Shown here: positions 55,601-64,000 of the stretch, in pieces
Position numbering within the stretch: the stretch's first letter is position 1
Layout of the letters: every line of letters begins with the position of its first letter
Origin: Auanema rhodensis
Taxonomy: Eukaryota > Animalia > Nematoda
DNA: 64,000 nt
NCBI GenBank assembly: GCA_964057225.1
Contig: OZ059899.1
Location: 930,001-994,000 of the forward strand
Direction: 5' to 3'
Notes under the pieces: model-generated
What the model saw: the letters and a program-made list of their open reading frames with translations, nothing else
What the model was told of the DNA's origin: nothing
The model's database searches: none
Program-made: the position numbers and the translations under genes

Positions 55601-58600
55601 AGGCGAAGACGATGGACAATGTTATTCAACGAAAAAAATAATTCTTCAGGGTGAAAATCGAGGATATATGTGTGAACTCATATCAGTTGATATCTCGGTG
55701 CTTTTTTAAGCTAGCGCAAATCTGATAACACAGATCGACGCAGCTCAAAAATCCGCATCGAATGCACTATACTACATTGAGAAACGCTCAATACAAAAAT
55801 TAGTTATGATCGTTTGAAAAATGATGCATTAGTGTATGTTGAGTTTCCATGTACACTCAACATTGCTTCCAAAAACATTTTGACAAAAATTTTTTCGAAA
55901 AATTTCAAAATAATTTAGCAAAAAGTAGATGTTTTTAGATTCCGTTTTTCAAAGCAAAGACGATGGACAATGTTATTCAACGAAAAAAATAATTCTTCAG
56001 GGTGAAAATCGAGGATATAAGTGTGAACTTATATCAGTTGATATCTCGGTGCATTTTTAAGCTAGCGCAAATCTGATAACACAGATCGACGCAGCTCAAA
56101 AATCCGCATTGAATGCACTATACTACATTGAGAAACGCTCAATACAAAATTTAGTTATGATCGTTTGAAAAATGATGCATTAGTGTATGTTGAGTTTCCA
56201 TGTACACTCAACATTGCTTCCAAAAACATTTTGACAAAAATTTTTTCGAAAAATTTCAAGATAATTTAGCGAAAAGTAGATGTTTTTAGATTCCGTTTTT
56301 CAAGGCAAAGACGATGGACAATGTTATTCAACGAAAAAATTAATTCTTCAGGGTGAAAATCGAGGATATAAGTGTGAACATATATCAGTTGATATCTCGG
56401 TGCATTTTCAAGCTAGCGCAAATCTGATAACACAGATCGACGCAGCTCAAAAATCCGCATCGAATTCACTATACTACATTGAGAAACGCTTAATACAAAA
56501 ATTAGTTATGATCGTTTGAAAAATGATGCATTAGTGTATGTTGAGTTTCCATGTACACTCAACATTGCTTCCAAAAACATTTTGACAAAAATTTTTTCGA
56601 AAAATTTCAAAATAATTTAGCAAAAAGTAGATGTTTTTAGATTCCGTTTTTCAAGGCAAAGACGATGGACAATGTTATTCAACGAAAAAAATAATTCTTC
56701 AGGGTGAAAATCGAGGATATAAGTGTGAACTTATATCAGTTGATATCTCGGTGCATTTTCAAGCTAGCGCAAATCTGATAACACAGATCGACGCAGCTCA
56801 AAAATCCGCATCGAATGCACTATACTACATTGAGAAACGCTTAATACAAAAATTAGTTATGATCGTTTGAAAAATGATGCATTAGTGTATGTTGAGTTTC
56901 CATGTACACTCAACATTGCTTCCAAAAACATTTTGACAAAAATTTTTTCGAAAAATTTCAAGATAATTTAGCGAAAAGTAGATGTTTTTAGATTCCGTTT
57001 TTCAAGGCAAAGACGATGGACAATGTTATTCAACGAAAAAATTAATTCTTCAGGGTGAAAATCGAGGATATAAGTGTGAACTTATATCAGTTGATATCTC
57101 GGTGCATTTTCAAGCTAGCGCAAATCTGATAACACAGATCGACGCAGCTCAAAAATCCGCATCGAATGCACTATACTACATTGAGAAACGCTTAATACAA
57201 AAATTAGTTATGATCGTTTGAAAAATGATGCATTAGTGTATGTTGAGTTTCCATGTACACTCAACATTGCTTCCAAAAACATTTTGACAAAAATTTTTTC
57301 GAAAAATTTCAAAATAATTTAGCAAAAAGTAGATGTTTTTAGATTCCGTTTTTCAAGGCAAAGACGATGGACAATGTTATTCAACGAAAAAAATAATTCT
57401 TCAGGGTGAAAATCGAGGATATAAGTGTGAACTTATATCAGTTGATATCTCGGTGCTTTTTTAAGCTAGCGCAAATCTGATAACACAGATCGACGCAGCT
57501 TGAAAATCCGCATCGAATGCACTATACTACATTGAGAAACGCTTAATACAAAAATTAGTTATGATCGTTTGAAAAATGATGCATTAGTGTATGTTGAGTT
57601 TCCATGTACACTCAACATTGCTTCCAAAAACATTTTGACAAAAATTTTTTCGAAAAATTTCAAAATAATTTAGCAAAAAGTAGATGTTTTTAGATTCCGT
57701 TTTTCAAGGCAAAGACGATGGACAATGTTATTCAACGAAAAAAATAATTCTTCAGGGTGAAAATCGAGGATATATGTGTGAACTCATATCAGTTGATATC
57801 TCGGTGCATTTTTAAGCTAGCGCAAATCTGATAACACAGATCGACGCAGCTCAACAATCCGCATCGAATGCACTATACTACATTGAGAAACGCTTAATAC
57901 AAAAATTAGTTATGATCGTTTGAAAAATGATGCATTAGTGTATGTTGAGTTTCCATGTACACTCAACATTGCTTCCAAAAACATTTTGACAAAAATTTTT
58001 TCGAAAAATTTAAAAATAATTTAGCAAAAAGTAGATGTTTTTAGATTCCTTTTTTCAAGGCGAAGACGATGGACAATGTTATTCAACGAAAAAAATAATT
58101 CTTCAGGGTGAAAATCGAGGATATATGTGTGAACTCATATCAGTTGATATCTCGGTGCTTTTTTAAGCTAGCGCAAATCTGATAACACAGATCGACGCAG
58201 CTCAAAAATCCGCATCGAATGCACTATACTACATTGAGAAACGCTCAATACAAAAATTAGTTATGATCGTTTGAAAAATGATGCATTAGTGTATGTTGAG
58301 TTTCCATGTACACTCAACATTGCTTCCAAAAACATTTTGACAAAAATTTTTTCGAAAAATTTCAAAATAATTTAGCAAAAAGTAGATGTTTTTAGATTCC
58401 GTTTTTCAAAGCAAAGACGATGGACAATGTTATTCAACGAAAAAAATAATTCTTCAGGGTGAAAATCGAGGATATAAGTGTGAACTTATATCAGTTGATA
58501 TCTCGGTGCATTTTTAAGCTAGCGCAAATCTGATAACACAGATCGACGCAGCTCAAAAATCCGCATTGAATGCACTATACTACATTGAGAAACGCTCAAT

Positions 58601-61600
58601 ACAAAAATTAGTTATGATCGTTTGAAAAATGATGCATTAGTGTATGTTGAGTTTCCATGTACACTCAACATTGCTTCCAAAAACATTTTGACAAAAATTT
58701 TTTCGAAAAATTTAAAAATAATTTAGCAAAAAGTAGATGTTTTTAGATTCCTTTTTTCAAGGCGAAGACGATGGACAATGTTATTCAACGAAAAAAATAA
58801 TTCTTCAGGGTGAAAATCGAGGATATAAGTGTGAACTTATATCAGTTGATATCTCGGTGCATTTTTAAGCTAGCGCAAATCTGATAACACAGATCGACGC
58901 AGCTTAAAAATCCGCATCGAATGCACTATACTACATTGAGAAACGCTTAATACAAAAATTAGTTATGATCGTTTGAAAAATGATGCATTAGTGTATGTCG
59001 AGTTTCCATGTACACTCAACATTGCTTCCAAAAACATTTTGACAAAAATTTTTTCGAAAAATTTCAAGATAATTTAGCGAAAAGTAGATGTTTTCAGATT
59101 CTTTTTTTCAAGGCAAAGACGATGGACAATGTTATTCAACGAAAAAATTAAATCTTCAGGGTAAAAATCGAGGATATAAGTGTGAACTTATATCAGTTGA
59201 TATCTCGGTGCATTTTCAAGCTAGCGCAAATCTGATAACACAGATCGACGCAGCTTAAAAATCCGCATCGAATGCACTATACTACATTGAGAAACGCGTA
59301 ATACAAAATTTAGTTATGATCGTTTGAAAAATGATGCATTAGTGTATGTTGAGTTTCCATGTACACTCAACATTGCTTCCAAAAACATTTTGACAAAAAT
59401 TTTTTCGAAAAATTTCAAGATAATTTAGCGAAAAGTAGATGTTTTTAGATTCCGTTTTTCAAGGCAAAGACGATGGACAATGTTATTCAACGAAAAAATT
59501 AATTCTTCAGGGTGAAAATCGAGGATATAAGTGTGAACTTATATCAGTTGATATCTCGGTGCTTTTTTAAGCTAGCGCAAATCTGATAACACAGATCGAC
59601 GCAGCTTAAAAATCCGCATCGAATGCACTATACTACATTGAGAAACGCGTAATACAAAATTTAGTTATGATCGTTTGAAAAATGATGCATTAGTGTATGT
59701 TGAGTTTCCATGTACACTCAACATTGCTTCCAAAAACATTTTGACAAAAATTTTTTCGAAAAATTTCAAGATAATTTAGCGAAAAGTAGATGTTTTTAGA
59801 TTCCGTTTTTCAAGGCAAAGACGATGGACAATGTTATTCAACGAAAAAATTAATTCTTCAGGGTGAAAATCGAGGATATAAGTGTGAACATATATCAGTT
59901 GATATCTCGGTGCATTTTCAAGCTAGCGCAAATCTGATAACACAGATCGACGCAGCTCAAAAATCCGCATCGAATTCACTATACTACATTGAGAAACGCT
60001 TAATACAAAAATTAGTTATGATCGTTTGAAAAATGATGCATTAGTGTATGTTGAGTTTCCATGTACACTCAACATTGCTTCCAAAAACATTTTGACAAAA
60101 ATTTTTTCGAAAAATTTCAAAATAATTTAGCAAAAAGTAGATGTTTTTAGATTCCGTTTTTCAAGGCAAAGACGATGGACAATGTTATTCAACGAAAAAA
60201 ATAATTCTTCAGGGTGAAAATCGAGGATATAAGTGTGAACTTATATCAGTTGATATCTCGGTGCATTTTCAAGCTAGCGCAAATCTGATAACACAGATCG
60301 ACGCAGCTCAAAAATCCGCATCGAATGCACTATACTACATTGAGAAACGCTTAATACAAAAATTAGTTATGATCGTTTGAAAAATGATGCATTAGTGTAT
60401 GTTGAGTTTCCATGTACACTCAACATTGCTTCCAAAAACATTTTGACAAAAATTTTTTCGAAAAATTTCAAGATAATTTAGCGAAAAGTAGATGTTTTTA
60501 GATTCCGTTTTTCAAGGCAAAGACGATGGACAATGTTATTCAACGAAAAAATTAATTCTTCAGGGTGAAAATCGAGGATATAAGTGTGAACTTATATCAG
60601 TTGATATCTCGGTGCATTTTCAAGCTAGCGCAAATCTGATAACACAGATCGACGCAGCTCAAAAATCCGCATCGAATGCACTATACTACATTGAGAAACG
60701 CTTAATACAAAAATTAGTTATGATCGTTTGAAAAATGATGCATTAGTGTATGTTGAGTTTCCATGTACACTCAACATTGCTTCCAAAAACATTTTGACAA
60801 AAATTTTTTCGAAAAATTTCAAAATAATTTAGCAAAAAGTAGATGTTTTTAGATTCCTTTTTTCAAGGCGAAGACGATGGACAATGTTATTCAACGAAAA
60901 AAATAATTCTTCAGGGTGAAAATCGAGGATATATGTGTGAACTCATATCAGTTGATATCTCGGTGCATTTTTAAGCTAGCGCAAATCTGATAACACAGAT
61001 CGACGCAGCTCAACAATCCGCATCGAATGCACTATACTACATTGAGAAACGCTTAATACAAAAATTAGTTATGATCGTTTGAAAAATGATGCATTAGTGT
61101 ATGTTGAGTTTCCATGTACACTCAACATTGCTTCCAAAAACATTTTGACAAAAATTTTTTCGAAAAATTTAAAAATAATTTAGCAAAAAGTAGATGTTTT
61201 TAGATTCCTTTTTTCAAGGCGAAGACGATGGACAATGTTATTCAACGAAAAAAATAATTCTTCAGGGTGAAAATCGAGGATATATGTGTGAACTCATATC
61301 AGTTGATATCTCGGTGCTTTTTTAAGCTAGCGCAAATCTGATAACACAGATCGACGCAGCTCAAAAATCCGCATCGAATGCACTATACTACATTGAGAAA
61401 CGCTCAATACAAAAATTAGTTATGATCGTTTGAAAAATGATGCATTAGTGTATGTTGAGTTTCCATGTACACTCAACATTGCTTCCAAAAACATTTTGAC
61501 AAAAATTTTTTCGAAAAATTTCAAAATAATTTAGCAAAAAGTAGATGTTTTTAGATTCCGTTTTTCAAAGCAAAGACGATGGACAATGTTATTCAACGAA

Positions 61601-64000
61601 AAAAATAATTCTTCAGGGTGAAAATCGAGGATATAAGTGTGAACTTATATCAGTTGATATCTCGGTGCATTTTTAAGCTAGCGCAAATCTGATAACACAG
61701 ATCGACGCAGCTCAAAAATCCGCATTGAATGCACTATACTACATTGAGAAACGCTCAATACAAAAATTAGTTATGATCGTTTGAAAAATGATGCATTAGT
61801 GTATGTTGAGTTTCCATGTACACTCAACATTGCTTCCAAAAACATTTTGACAAAAATTTTTTCGAAAAATTTAAAAATAATTTAGCAAAAAGTAGATGTT
61901 TTTAGATTCCTTTTTTCAAGGCGAAGACGATGGACAATGTTATTCAACGAAAAAAATAATTCTTCAGGGTGAAAATCGAGGATATAAGTGTGAACTTATA
62001 TCAGTTGATATCTCGGTGCATTTTTAAGCTAGCGCAAATCTGATAACACAGATCGACGCAGCTTAAAAATCCGCATCGAATGCACTATACTACATTGAGA
62101 AAAGCTTAATACAAAAATTAGTTATGATCGTTTGAAAAATGATGCATTAGTGTATGTCGAGTTTCCATGTACACTCAACATTGCTTCCAAAAACATTTTG
62201 ACAAAAATTTTTTCGAAAAATTTCAAGATAATTTAGCGAAAAGTAGATGTTTTCAGATTCTTTTTTTCAAGGCAAAGACGATGGACAATGTTATTCAACG
62301 AAAAAATTAAATCTTCAGGGTAAAAATCGAGGATATAAGTGTGAACTTATATCAGTTGATATCTCGGTGCATTTTCAAGCTAGCGCAAATCTGATAACAC
62401 AGATCGACGCAGCTTAAAAATCCGCATCGAATGCACTATACTACATTGAGAAACGCGTAATACAAAATTTAGTTATGATCGTTTGAAAAATGATGCATTA
62501 GTGTATGTTGAGTTTCCATGTACACTCAACATTGCTTCCAAAAACATTTTGACAAAAATTTTTTCGAAAAATTTCAAGATAATTTAGCGAAAAGTAGATG
62601 TTTTTAGATTCCGTTTTTCAAGGCAAAGACGATGGACAATGTTATTCAACGAAAAAATTAATTCTTCAGGGTGAAAATCGAGGATATAAGTGTGAACTTA
62701 TATCAGTTGATATCTCGGTGCTTTTTTAAGCTAGCGCAAATCTGATAACACAGATCGACGCAGCTTAAAAATCCGCATCGAATGCACTATACTACATTGA
62801 GAAACGCGTAATACAAAATTTAGTTATGATCGTTTGAAAAATGATGCATTAGTGTATGTTGAGTTTCCATGTACACTCAACATTGCTTCCAAAAACATTT
62901 TGACAAAAATTTTTTCGAAAAATTTCAAGATAATTTAGCGAAAAGTAGATGTTTTTAGATTCCGTTTTTCAAGGCAAAGACGATGGACAATGTTATTCAA
63001 CGAAAAAATTAATTCTTCAGGGTGAAAATCGAGGATATAAGTGTGAACATATATCAGTTGATATCTCGGTGCATTTTCAAGCTAGCGCAAATCTGATAAC
63101 ACAGATCGACGCAGCTCAAAAATCCGCATCGAATTCACTATACTACATTGAGAAACGCTTAATACAAAAATTAGTTATGATCGTTTGAAAAATGATGCAT
63201 TAGTGTATGTTGAGTTTCCATGTACACTCAACATTGCTTCCAAAAACATTTTGACAAAAATTTTTTCGAAAAATTTCAAAATAATTTAGCAAAAAGTAGA
63301 TGTTTTTAGATTCCGTTTTTCAAGGCAAAGACGATGGACAATGTTATTCAACGAAAAAAATAATTCTTCAGGGTGAAAATCGAGGATATAAGTGTGAACT
63401 TATATCAGTTGATATCTCGGTGCATTTTCAAGCTAGCGCAAATCTGATAACACAGATCGACGCAGCTCAAAAATCCGCATCGAATGCACTATACTACATT
63501 GAGAAACGCTTAATACAAAAATTAGTTATGATCGTTTGAAAAATGATGCATTAGTGTATGTTGAGTTTCCATGTACACTCAACATTGCTTCCAAAAACAT
63601 TTTGACAAAAATTTTTTCGAAAAATTTCAAGATAATTTAGCGAAAAGTAGATGTTTTTAGATTCCGTTTTTCAAGGCAAAGACGATGGACAATGTTATTC
63701 AACGAAAAAATTAATTCTTCAGGGTGAAAATCGAGGATATAAGTGTGAACTTATATCAGTTGATATCTCGGTGCATTTTCAAGCTAGCGCAAATCTGATA
63801 ACACAGATCGACGCAGCTCAAAAATCCGCATCGAATGCACTATACTACATTGAGAAACGCTTAATACAAAAATTAGTTATGATCGTTTGAAAAATGATGC
63901 ATTAGTGTATGTTGAGTTTCCATGTACACTCAACATTGCTTCCAAAAACATTTTGACAAAAATTTTTTCGAAAAATTTCAAAATAATTTAGCAAAAAGTA
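43634..64000. repeat. Region of variable-length higher-order repeats (4-10 monomers) built around a conserved 3-monomer core
   Basis: A marker monomer carrying GAACATATATC and GAATTC recurs (ORFs 44346, 46101, 47505, 48909, 50664, 53823, 56280, 59790, 62949) at spacings of 5, 4, 4, 5, 9, 7, 10 and 9 monomers, usually followed by the same two monomer types. Confidence 0.85.

Larger units (their letters stand above)
1..64000. repeat. Tandem satellite DNA array, 351-bp monomer, about 182 full copies, all in the same orientation, running off both ends of the window
   Basis: The unit beginning C(A/G)AAAAGTAGATGTTTTTAG recurs at 1, 352, 703 and so on (1+351n) to 8074, at multiples of 351 from 8424 to 38259, and at 38369+351n to 63992. 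ORF-track starts follow the same spacing. Copies differ by only a handful of substitutions, with no spacers or foreign inserts seen. Confidence 0.99.

Noticed and set aside
1064-63890. 63 near-identical ORFs, mostly 79 aa (MFLDSVFQ...KLVMIV), as a multicopy gene family
   Set aside because: The frame is open in only about a third of monomers. Common C/T SNPs at offsets 140 and 179 create TAA stops that are amplified as freely as the open alleles, many variants are non-synonymous, and I recognise no domain. It is best explained as a chance frame.
1-64000. Giant repeat protein, since 351 is divisible by 3, including under alternative genetic codes
   Set aside because: Standard-code frames carry multiple stops per monomer. 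One minus-strand frame of the consensus lacks TGA and would be open if TAA/TAG encoded Gln, but the recurrent ACTCATATC variant puts a TGA in it and the 1-bp and 241-bp deletions shift the frame.
1-64000. CRISPR array or cassette-like array, suggested by regularly spaced palindromes
   Set aside because: The sequence between the palindromes is as conserved as the palindromes. There are no unique spacers or cassettes and no cas or integrase genes.

Overview
The whole 64,000-bp window is one uninterrupted head-to-tail tandem array of an AT-rich 351-bp monomer (about 32% GC by hand count). It holds 182 full monomers (one is 350 bp because of a 1-bp deletion near 8354), one internally deleted 110-bp monomer (38259-38368) and a 9-bp partial copy at the end. 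This is the architecture of eukaryotic complex satellite DNA, such as centromeric, pericentromeric or subtelomeric heterochromatin. The species and satellite family cannot be named from the sequence alone. I found no supportable protein-coding gene, RNA gene, CRISPR array or transposon insertion; the 63 listed ORFs are one chance reading frame in the monomer, switched on and off mainly by two C/T SNPs. What is worth following up is internal structure. Two 9-bp-arm inverted repeats sit exactly half a monomer apart (176/175 bp). The arm variants of one hairpin are mutually complementary but occur in different monomers. CpG is not depleted. Diagnostic SNPs record nested duplications and variable-length higher-order repeats. 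I see no evidence for a new protein-based system. Offsets quoted are positions within a monomer starting CAAAAAGTAG.
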